Assembly: GCA_041492755.1 (NCBI GenBank) | Contig: JBGPXN010000111.1 | Location: forward strand, 1 to 14,042 | DNA: 14,042 nucleotides | DNA from: Candidatus Methylomirabilia bacterium | GTDB taxonomy: Bacteria > Methylomirabilota > Methylomirabilia > Rokubacteriales > CSP1-6 | Reading direction: 5' to 3' | Shown here: piece by piece, positions 7,764 through 14,042 of the stretch | How the letters are laid out: each line of letters starts with the position of its first letter | How positions within the stretch are numbered: the first letter of the stretch is position 1 | Notes under the pieces: generated by a model | Database searches by the model: none | What the model was told of the DNA's origin: nothing | What the model saw: the letters and a program-made list of their open reading frames with translations, nothing else | Made by a program: the position numbers and the translations under genes

Positions 7764-8615
7764 TCAAAACACCCCGAACTTCTCGTAGGCCGCCAGCGGC
7801 GTCATGCCGCGCTTCACCGCGGTACGCACGCGACCCTCGGTGCCCACGAGCTGCTCGCAGCGCGTGAGCACCTCGTGCGCCACCCGCCGCGGGACGACGA
7901 CCACGCCGTCGAGATCGCCGACGATCACGTCGCCCAGGCTGACGCGCACGCCGCCGATCGTCACCGGCTGTCCCCAGTCGCTCACCCGCCAGCGCGGGAT
8001 GGAGTCGAGCGGCGTGCGGTAGCGCACGAAGGTGGGGAAGCGCGCGCGCGCGATGGACGTGGCGTCACGGGTGGCGCCGTCGATGACCGCGCCCCGCACG
8101 CGATGCGCCCGGAACCACTCCGCCGAGAGCTCGCCGAAGTGCGCGGCCACGTGGTCGTTGGCGGCGAGGACAAGCACCGAGTCCGCCGGCACCGCGGCCA
8201 GCATGCCGAGGAAGCGGCGCAGCGTCTGATCGCGGTCGCGCGGCGAGCCGCGATACGGGCGTCCGCGCGCGGTGAACGCGTAGCCGGCGACGCGCATGTC
8301 GGGGGTCAGGGGCTGGATGGCGGCCGGCAGCGTCTGGCGCAGCAGCCCCATCTCGTCCATCACGTCGGTGATCGCCGCGGTGTAGACCTTCGCGAAGCGG
8401 CGCGGCAGCGTGTCGGTGCGCCACAGCCGCGTCTCGACCTTTGCCGCCGGGCGGGCCGCCGCCGGGCGCGACCGGACGGCCGATGATGCACGCGCGCTCT
8501 TGGCCGACGCCGGCCGTGGACGCTTCGTCGATGCCGCGCGTACGCGCTTGGACGCGGCCCGCCGCGCAGGCTTCGCGGACGATGGCCGGGCGCGTTTCGC
8601 CGATGATGCGCGCAT
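7764..8615 (-). CDS. RraA/HMG-aldolase family protein with an N-terminal basic repeat extension
   Basis: TAAITDVMD, VAGYAFTA, AHFGELSA, GAVIDGATRD and GDVIVGDLDGVVVVP motifs. The ATG directly abuts the upstream stop (TGAATG). Confidence 0.88.
   Translation of the reverse strand: MRASSAKRARPSSAKPARRAASKRVRAASTKRPRPASAKSARASSAVRSRPAAARPAAKVETRLWRTDTLPRRFAKVYTAAITDVMDEMGLLRQTLPAAIQPLTPDMRVAGYAFTARGRPYRGSPRDRDQTLRRFLGMLAAVPADSVLVLAANDHVAAHFGELSAEWFRAHRVRGAVIDGATRDATSIARARFPTFVRYRTPLDSIPRWRVSDWGQPVTIGGVRVSLGDVIVGDLDGVVVVPRRVAHEVLTRCEQLVGTEGRVRTAVKRGMTPLAAYEKFGVF
8445..8612 (-). repeat. About 7 degenerate 24-bp coding tandem repeats (8-aa R-x-S/A-S/A-A-K-x-x units)
   Basis: RASSAKRA/RPSSAKPA/RRAASKRV/RAASTKRP/RPASAKSA/RASSAVRS/RPAAARPA. 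Confidence 0.75.
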
Positions 8616-10172
8616 TCACTGGCCCTTCAGCTTCATGTCCTCGTACGCCGGATACGGGTTCAGGTGGATGACGTCCAGCGCGGGGTCGGCGAACTTCGGT
8701 CCGATGCCGCGCAGGGTGCGATAGTCCATGATCGGCGCGAACATCACGCGGTCGATGGTGAGCTGCTGGATCTTGTGGAGCAGCGCCTCGCGCCTGGCGA
8801 CGTCGCGCTCGCGCGCCTGCTGCTGGAACAGGTCGTCGATGTCCGGATAGCCGCCGTACGAGAAGCTACCCTTGGAGTACATGAACGCTTCCACGCGGCT
8901 GGCCGCGTTGCCCGAGTTGCCGGCGGCGACGATGAACATGCCGCGCATCTTCTTCTCGCGCCAGTTGGCGTAGAAGGCCGCCCGCTCCATCACGCGGATC
9001 TTCGAGCGGATGCCCACGGTATTCAAATAGTTCACCGTGGCCTCCGCCATCGCGAAGAACGGCGGAATCGGCACGATCTCGCCGGCGTCGATCCCGTTCG
9101 GATACCCGGCCTCGGTGAGGAGCTGCTTGGCCTTCTGGGGGTCGTAGGGATGCGGTTGGGTCTGCAGCGCGAACTCCATCACCCGCGGGACGATCACGCC
9201 CGCCGGCGGGCAGAAGCCCAGGCACGCGGCCTCGTTGATCGCCGTGCGATTGAGCGCGTAGTTGACGGCCTGCCGCAGGCGCTTGTCGTGCCACGGCGAC
9301 TTCGGATCCCACTGGTCGGCGAACTCGATCCAGAAGATCGACGCGTGCTTGGACGGGATGAGCTGCAGGCGCGGGTCGCGCCTCACGTTCTCGGCGTCCT
9401 CGCCGTCCAGGGCGTTGGCGATGTCGGCCTCACCCGTCCGGAGCATGGCCACGCGCGTGGTCGTCTCGGGCACGCTCTTCATGACCAGCCGCTTGACGTT
9501 GGGCGTCTTGCGCCAGTACCCGGGATACGCTTCCATCACCAGCTCGATGCCGGCCTTGTGGCTCACGAACTTGTAGGGGCCGGCGCCGATGGGGTGCTTC
9601 TTGAACCCGTCGTCGCCGACCTGCGTGAGATACCTCTTGGGCACGACGATGCCCGACGCGGTGGCCGTCGTCCCGTAGAAGGTCAGGAAGTCCGGCCAGG
9701 GCTCCTTGAGGTGGAAGCGCACGGTCAGCGGATCGACGATCTCGACCTGCCGCACGCGCGTCTGCAGCTCGTTGGCCCCCGCCCCCTTGTAGCGGTCGTA
9801 GCTGAACTTCACGTCCTCGGCAGTGAGCGGATCGCCGTTGTGGAACTTGAGCCCCCGGCGCAGCTTGAACTCGTAGGTGCGCCCGTCCGGGCTCTCCGTC
9901 CACGACTCGGCCAGGCTCGGCGCCAGCTTCTTGCCCGGCAGCGGGCGGACCACCGCGTCGTGGAGGGCGTAGAGGATGCCGAAGGGGGTGATCTGCGGCG
10001 GCGCGGTGGAGGGATCGAACCAGCTCGGCGAGATCGTGACGTGGAAGGCCATCACGACCTCTCCCGAGGGCGCCGCCTGGGCGGCGACGTCACGGGCCAT
10101 GCCAAAGCTCAGCACGGCGGCGGCAAGCAGGACGATGAGCGAATGAGAACGGCCGGCGACGGAACGGATCAT
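8616..10172 (-). CDS. ABC transporter substrate-binding protein, family 5 (OppA/DppA/NikA-like)
   Basis: 518 aa with a signal peptide. PSLAESW, YEFKLRRGLKFHNGDPLTAEDVKFS, PIGAGPYKF and YDPQKAKQLLTEAGY motifs. SD AAGGAG upstream. Confidence 0.93.
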   Translation of the reverse strand: MIRSVAGRSHSLIVLLAAAVLSFGMARDVAAQAAPSGEVVMAFHVTISPSWFDPSTAPPQITPFGILYALHDAVVRPLPGKKLAPSLAESWTESPDGRTYEFKLRRGLKFHNGDPLTAEDVKFSYDRYKGAGANELQTRVRQVEIVDPLTVRFHLKEPWPDFLTFYGTTATASGIVVPKRYLTQVGDDGFKKHPIGAGPYKFVSHKAGIELVMEAYPGYWRKTPNVKRLVMKSVPETTTRVAMLRTGEADIANALDGEDAENVRRDPRLQLIPSKHASIFWIEFADQWDPKSPWHDKRLRQAVNYALNRTAINEAACLGFCPPAGVIVPRVMEFALQTQPHPYDPQKAKQLLTEAGYPNGIDAGEIVPIPPFFAMAEATVNYLNTVGIRSKIRVMERAAFYANWREKKMRGMFIVAAGNSGNAASRVEAFMYSKGSFSYGGYPDIDDLFQQQARERDVARREALLHKIQQLTIDRVMFAPIMDYRTLRGIGPKFADPALDVIHLNPYPAYEDMKLKGQ

Positions 10173-10253
10173 TTCAGTCTCTCCTTCACCGTGCTTCGAG
10201 CTTGAGCTCCTGGTCCTCCGATCGAGCGGAGCGGAGGTCGGCCAGGTGCGCAG

Positions 10254-10283
10254 ACGTTAGCGCTGCGACGAAGGACGAGTCAA
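10254..10283 (-). promoter_or_regulatory. Putative sigma70 promoter for the SBP-RraA unit (TTGACT-18 nt-TAACGT)
   Basis: -35 at 10283-10278 and -10 at 10259-10254 on the minus strand, about 80 nt upstream of ATG 10172. Confidence 0.5.
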
Positions 10284-10316
10284 GATAGGCGTCATTCCAC
10301 CCTCGGGAGGCGCGTG

Positions 10317-11336
10317 ATGCGTGGCGAATTGCTCCGGACTACCGCAGGCTGGGCCGTGTCGTTCCTGCTCCTGACCGGCGCCGGCGCCGCCGCCGAGCGC
10401 GCCGCCGGCATCGACTACGAGGTCGTGGCGCGGCCGGCCGGCGTACCGGCGGACCTGGTGCCGGGGCCGGACGCCACCATGAAGTTCCTCACCATCACGG
10501 CACTCGACGGTGCGCGCGTGGACGCGATCCTCGTGCAGCCCAACGCCAAGACCCCGGCCGCCTCCACCGTCGTTCTCAGCGTGCACGGCTCGGGCGGGAG
10601 CTTTCACGGCGACCCGAACGGCTTCCTGGCTCGGCTCCTCCCCGCCAAGGGCTATGCGGTGCTCGGCATCAACACGCGCCAGTCGGGTCCGCGGGTCAAC
10701 TCCGACAACTTCCTCGACGTCCGGCGCGACATCGAGGCCGGCGTCTATACCGCCCGCGCCCTCGGATACCGGAGCATCGTGCTTCACGGACACAGCCTGG
10801 GGAACATCCAGGTGCAGTACTACGCCGCCAACAACTGGGATCCGGACCTCAAGGCGGTCGTGCTCAGCGGCATGTTCGCCAATCTCCCGTGGAAGTCGCG
10901 CTACTACCTGGTCCAGAACCAGGAGAGCTTCGGCCAGCTCCACGCCGCCGCGCTGAAAGCCTTGCGCGACGGCAAGGCGGCCGACGTCCTCCCGACGCGC
11001 ATGCCATGGATCACGGGGCAGAGCGTGGCCGTCACCGGCCGGCACTTCCTCACGTACCGCGCCGAGCCGTCGAGCACCGCGGACGGCACCTACTGGATCC
11101 CGCGCGTGCCCTACCCGATCCTCATGATCCGGGACGAAGGCGATCTGGTGATCCAGTCCTTCGAGCCGCACATGCTGCTGGGCGCGGCCACCGCGCCCGG
11201 CTCGCTGGTGCCGAGCGTGAAGTTCGTCTCGCTCCCCAACCGCAAGGGCCCGAACCCGGCGGGCCACGTGTTCAGCGACAACCAGCAGCCGCTCACCGAC
11301 GCCATCGCCGCCTGGCTCGCCGAGCAGAAACTGTGA
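10317..11336 (+). CDS. Secreted alpha/beta-fold hydrolase
   Basis: Signal peptide (..LLLTGAGAAA), VHGSGG oxyanion region, GHSLG nucleophile elbow, candidate Asp (DEGD) and His (GHVF). GGAGG at 10306-10310 fits ATG 10317. Confidence 0.85.
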   Translation: MRGELLRTTAGWAVSFLLLTGAGAAAERAAGIDYEVVARPAGVPADLVPGPDATMKFLTITALDGARVDAILVQPNAKTPAASTVVLSVHGSGGSFHGDPNGFLARLLPAKGYAVLGINTRQSGPRVNSDNFLDVRRDIEAGVYTARALGYRSIVLHGHSLGNIQVQYYAANNWDPDLKAVVLSGMFANLPWKSRYYLVQNQESFGQLHAAALKALRDGKAADVLPTRMPWITGQSVAVTGRHFLTYRAEPSSTADGTYWIPRVPYPILMIRDEGDLVIQSFEPHMLLGAATAPGSLVPSVKFVSLPNRKGPNPAGHVFSDNQQPLTDAIAAWLAEQKL

Positions 11337-11377
11337 GGCGCGCGATGGATTCAAGAACGCCAAAGCATCTCATGCCT

Positions 11378-11474
11378 GCATGACGTCGCGGTTCAGCCGC
11401 GCGGGCGCGATCGCCGAGCCGATTTCGTCCGTGACCGCGGTCGCGTCCTCGTCGGCTGCAAGCGCTTGTTCGGC
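11378..11474 (-). mobile_element. attC site (97 bp), terminal, with degenerate R'
   Basis: Minus strand: GCCGAAC AAGCG CTTGCAGC CGAC...GCG GCTGAAC CGCGAC GTCATGC (R'', L'' with extra base, L', and R' with GTC instead of GTT). Confidence 0.8.
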
Positions 11475-11869
11475 CGTCGACGTGTATCTCCCACCAAGGC
11501 AATCGCTTCGATCGAGAACAGAAGGCCGCGCGGCAGGCCCACGATGGGCGTGGATCGAACCGGCGGAGCCGACGGGAAGTATTCGGCATAGAGCTCGTTC
11601 AGCTTCGGGAAAGCGGTTGCGTCCGCGACAAAGCAGGTCGTCTTCACCACGCGCTCGAGGCCGCTACCAGCGTCCTCCAGCACCGCACGGAGGTTCGCGA
11701 TGGCTTGCCGCGCCTGCGCCTCGAACGTCTCTCCCGCAGCAGCGCCGGTGCCCGGATCGATACCCGGCTGACCCGCGGTGAAGAGTAAGCTGCCGACGCG
11801 CATGACCTGAGAATAGGGGCCGATCCTGGGTACACGCGGAGTCTCGACAACGTGGGGTCGAGGTGCCAT
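11393..11869 (-). CDS. RidA/YjgF/UK114 family enamine-imine deaminase with attC-encoded C-terminal tail
   Basis: IGPYSQ, AGQ, VVKTTCF, NELYAEYF...PPVRS (conserved Arg) and LP..LLFSIEAIA motifs. The stop codon lies within the attC. Confidence 0.9.
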   Translation of the reverse strand: MAPRPHVVETPRVPRIGPYSQVMRVGSLLFTAGQPGIDPGTGAAAGETFEAQARQAIANLRAVLEDAGSGLERVVKTTCFVADATAFPKLNELYAEYFPSAPPVRSTPIVGLPRGLLFSIEAIALVGDTRRRPNKRLQPTRTRPRSRTKSARRSRPRG

Positions 11870-11902
11870 CTCGCCTCCGATCTCAGCGTCAGTTCCGTGT
11901 GC

Positions 11903-12412
11903 TCATTTGAGTTGGTCGGCGATCTTGTCGATGCCGGCCTTGACGCAGGCTTCGTCCTTCACGCCGCCGGGCGAGTCGGGGGTGGTGACAGCGCCGGAGA
12001 CGCCGGCCGCACCGATGACCTCCGTTCCGGCCATGACCGGCAGCGCGCCCTGGGCGGCGATCACGTTGGTCAGGTGGATCGCGCCGAGTTGGGGATTGTC
12101 CCTCAGCCGCTTGACCATTTCGCCCGAGGGAATGCGGAAGGTGCGCGAGGTGTAGGCCTTGCGAAAGCTGTTCTCCATCGTGTGCGGCGAGGCATTGTCG
12201 CCGCGGAGCTGAACGATCACTTCACCGTTCCGGCCGACCACCGTCACCGACACGCGCTGGCCTTGCGCCTTGCAGGTCTCGGCGGCGGTAGTTGCGATGG
12301 TCAAAGCTGTGGCGAGCGACAGATCCTTGCGGGCGAGCAGTTCGGCGCTTGCCGGCGTGGCAAGCGCGCAGGCGAACGCAACAGAGACAAGGCGAACCAT
12401 GGACGAAAACAT
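11903..12412 (-). CDS. GlcG/HbpS-family heme-binding protein (DUF336), with signal peptide
   Basis: ATG 12412 follows GGAGG. VSVTVVGRNG, RGDNA..HT..S.RKAYTS, GALPV...IGAAGVSGA and DEACVKAGI motifs. N-terminal ..ALATPASA cleavage-like site. Confidence 0.88.
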   Translation of the reverse strand: MFSSMVRLVSVAFACALATPASAELLARKDLSLATALTIATTAAETCKAQGQRVSVTVVGRNGEVIVQLRGDNASPHTMENSFRKAYTSRTFRIPSGEMVKRLRDNPQLGAIHLTNVIAAQGALPVMAGTEVIGAAGVSGAVTTPDSPGGVKDEACVKAGIDKIADQLK

Positions 12413-12472
12413 GGGCAGTCCTCCCTGATGTTGAAAATCGTCCCGCTTGGATCGTGCACTTTCCCTCGTACC

Positions 12473-12529
12473 GTCCAACGTTGCGATGAGCCGCGCGCGA
12501 AGCGCGTCCGCTCGAACGCGAAGTTCGGC
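12473..12529 (-). mobile_element. attC site (57 bp)
   Basis: Minus strand: GCCGAAC TTCGC GTTCGAGC GGACGCGCTTCGCGCGCG GCTCATC GCAAC GTTGGAC. Confidence 0.88.
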
Positions 12530-12539
12530 ACGCCGGCAT

Positions 12540-12892
12540 TCACGTTAACCGTTCCTGCAGGAGTACCCGCACCACAGCCGGCATCTCGGATTGATGATGC
12601 TCCGCGTCGGGTTCGCGCATGACAAGGAACACGGTGCGCTTCAGATACTCGCGGAGATTCGCGTTGTCTTCCGTCGACGCGGCCTCGACGATCCTCTCGA
12701 AGCGGGGAGCGTGGCGTCCCTCGCAAGACGTGCGAGCGGCGTGCGAGTAATGTCGATCAGAGCCGCTTCGGTGCTTTGACCGCGCACCGCGATCCAGTCC
12801 TCGCGCGCCATATGGAGAACGGCCCTACCCTCGGTTCGTTCGAGGTATGCCCGAAAACGTGGAGCATCTGGCGGCGCGGGCATTCGCCGCAT
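12540..12892 (-). pseudogene. Hypothetical cassette gene, apparently frameshifted near 12704-12707
   Basis: The 83-aa ORF becomes R/S-rich and implausible after ..ARDATLP. Another frame without its own start continues RFERIVEAASTEDNANLREYLKRTVFLVMREPD..VRVLLQERLT* and ends at 12540, just before the attC. Confidence 0.6.
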
Positions 12893-13243
12893 CTACCCTG
12901 ACTCGGAGACGAGACGGGCCCGCGCCACCTTGGCGCTGACACGTACCAGTCGCTCCGCGAGCTTCGACGGGCCAACGCCGGGCGCCTTGGGCTGGCGCTC
13001 ATAGCGCTCAAGTATCGCGAGTTCAGCCGCCGCGTCCTTCCTTTTCGCGTAGAGGATCGCCAACTGCTCGTAGTACCACGGTGCGACGCCCCAGCGTTCG
13101 GCCCGCGCTTCTGCCTCGGTCGCATCGACCAACCGCAAAAGTAGTCGTTCTGCAGCCTCTTGGTTTCCGACGCGCTTCAGGTGACGCACATCCTCGGCGT
13201 ATGTCGTGTAGTGCCTGCCGTCGACTAGACTCGCTGTCGCCAC
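12893..13243 (-). CDS. Hypothetical helical (TPR-like) cassette protein
   Basis: 116 aa with GRHYTTY, WGVAPWYYEQLAILYAKRKD..AELAILERY. It begins just downstream of the attC at 13261. Confidence 0.7.
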   Translation of the reverse strand: MATASLVDGRHYTTYAEDVRHLKRVGNQEAAERLLLRLVDATEAEARAERWGVAPWYYEQLAILYAKRKDAAAELAILERYERQPKAPGVGPSKLAERLVRVSAKVARARLVSESG

Positions 13244-13260
13244 TGCACCGTCACAGCTGC

Positions 13261-13324
13261 GCCGAACGTTGCGTATCAGCTGCGGCGCGCCCTGCGCGCC
13301 GTTGGCTGGATGCGCTTGTTGGGC
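13261..13324 (-). mobile_element. attC site (64 bp)
   Basis: Minus strand: GCCCAAC AAGCG CATCCAGC CAACGGCGCGCAGGGCGCGCCGCA GCTGATA CGCAAC GTTCGGC. Confidence 0.9.
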
Positions 13325-13629
13325 CGCCGGGCTGACATGCGCCCCTCGAACCAGCGCTTGAGCGATTCCTGGCTCTCACCGGAGCGCCGTCCGGCCAGGA
13401 GGCCCTCAACGCTGATGTCCTCGTCAAGCGAGGGCCAATGAATGCCGACTCCGCGTCCGATGAAGCGCCACCGCGCGCGTTCGCGCTTGCTGCCGTGGAG
13501 AAGGCGCGGATACCAGACGAGTGGCACCGCCAACGTTCGGCCATCCTCGAGCTGGACGGTGAGCTCATCGTCCGTCACTTTGACGTCCACCGCGCGGGCG
13601 GCCAGAAGGTCACGCGTTGAAGTAGGCAT
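13276..13629 (-). CDS. DUF2442 family protein (putative antitoxin) with attC-encoded tail
   Basis: LTVQLEDGRTLAVPLVWYPRLLHGS..ER..W..IGRGVGIHWPSLDEDISVEGLLAG. Overlaps the upstream DUF4160 gene by 20 bp. Confidence 0.9.
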   Translation of the reverse strand: MPTSTRDLLAARAVDVKVTDDELTVQLEDGRTLAVPLVWYPRLLHGSKRERARWRFIGRGVGIHWPSLDEDISVEGLLAGRRSGESQESLKRWFEGRMSARRPNKRIQPTARRARRS

Positions 13630-13846
13630 CCCAGCTCCTCAGCAACGCTTCTCGGTGTTGCTCAACCAACTGTTGAATCCGGCGAACCTCAACAGGCTTG
13701 AAGCCACCACTGCTCTGGAGGCGAACGGGGCTCAGCCAGAACTTGGCGCTGTTGTCATCCCGCTCGACGTGAACGTGCGGCGGCTCCTCCGCGTCGCTTG
13801 AGTAGAAGAGGAAACGGTACGGACCGGCCCGCAGCACCGTCGGCAC
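13610..13846 (-). CDS. DUF4160 family protein (putative toxin)
   Basis: MPTVLRAGPYRFLFYSSD..EPPHVHV....AKFWL.PV.L....GF....LLRSWDAYF, the DUF4160 signature. Paired with DUF2442. Confidence 0.9.
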   Translation of the reverse strand: MPTVLRAGPYRFLFYSSDAEEPPHVHVERDDNSAKFWLSPVRLQSSGGFKPVEVRRIQQLVEQHREALLRSWDAYFNA

Positions 13847-13852
13847 TGTTTC

Positions 13853-13881
13853 ACCCTATCAGACCTCTGGGGCGCCATGAA
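13853..13881 (-). promoter_or_regulatory. Putative cassette-internal promoter (TTCATG-17 nt-TAGGGT, with TG extension) for a leaderless DUF4160 mRNA
   Basis: -35 at 13881-13876 and TGa-TAGGGT at 13861-13853, followed by 6 nt and then GTG 13846. Confidence 0.45.
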
Positions 13882-13901
13882 GTCGCCCGAGCTTGGCCAC
13901 A

Positions 13902-13958
13902 ACCCAACGCATGCTTCAGCCGCCGGCGCAGCCGGTCGGCTGGAAGCAGAAGTTAGCC
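13902..13958 (-). mobile_element. attC site (57 bp)
   Basis: Minus strand: GGCTAAC TTCTG CTTCCAGC CGACCGGCTGCGCCGGCG GCTGAAG CATGC GTTGGGT. Confidence 0.9.
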
Positions 13959-13988
13959 AGTCGCCACTCACCGTTGCGCTGCGCGAGC

Positions 13989-14042
13989 TCAGGCACTGGC
14001 CTTCAACTCACCAGGATGAAGGGAGAGGTACTCGCGCACCTC
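13989..14042 (-). CDS. 3' end of an upstream cassette ORF (partial, unknown function)
   Basis: Reads ..EVREYLSLHPGELKASA* and stops 30 nt before the attC at 13958. Only 17 codons are visible. Confidence 0.45.
   Translation of the reverse strand, partial: EVREYLSLHPGELKASA

Larger units (their letters stand above)
11378..14042 (-). mobile_element. Integron gene-cassette array (distal end; integrase/attI not in window)
   Basis: Four co-oriented attC sites separate short co-oriented ORFs. Cassette starts match the R'' box of each cassette's own attC. Codons are visibly less GC3-biased than in the flanking genes. Confidence 0.9.

Noticed and set aside
8664..10205. 513-aa plus-strand ORF
   Set aside because: Antisense shadow of the family-5 SBP gene.
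10257..11363. 368-aa minus-strand ORF that could be taken as a further cassette gene
   Set aside because: Antisense to the hydrolase, which has an SD, signal peptide and GHSLG motif. No complete attC follows it.
11870..11902. attC between GlcG and RidA
   Set aside because: Only 33 nt, with no GTT core or paired L boxes.
12413..12478. TTG start at 12478 for the GlcG gene
   Set aside because: It lies in the attC R' box. ATG 12412 has a GGAGG SD and exposes the signal peptide.
11378..13958. Repeated palindromes as CRISPR repeats, REP elements or terminators
   Set aside because: They are spaced by whole genes, vary in sequence and length, lack U-tracts and show attC box anatomy.

Overview
GC-rich bacterial chromosomal segment. 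The gene content is reminiscent of Rokubacteria/Methylomirabilota, but that is only an inference. 1-11336 is mostly catabolic and transport genes: a cyclase-family 3' end, an inserted higBA toxin-antitoxin pair, a minus-strand run (crotonase-fold enzyme, orphan xanthine-dehydrogenase-family Mo subunit, DinB protein, conserved Cys-containing hypothetical, NMT1/SsuA-like binding protein), an LLM monooxygenase, a family-5 solute-binding protein coupled to an RraA-family gene with a basic 8-aa repeat tail, and a secreted alpha/beta hydrolase. The main structure not shown by the ORF track is a minus-strand integron gene-cassette array at 11378-14042, with four attC sites (13902-13958, 13261-13324, 12473-12529, 11378-11474). 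They delimit a DUF4160/DUF2442 TA-like cassette, a two-gene hypothetical cassette whose second gene appears frameshifted, a GlcG/HbpS + RidA cassette, and a further cassette cut by the window edge. No integrase is in the window.
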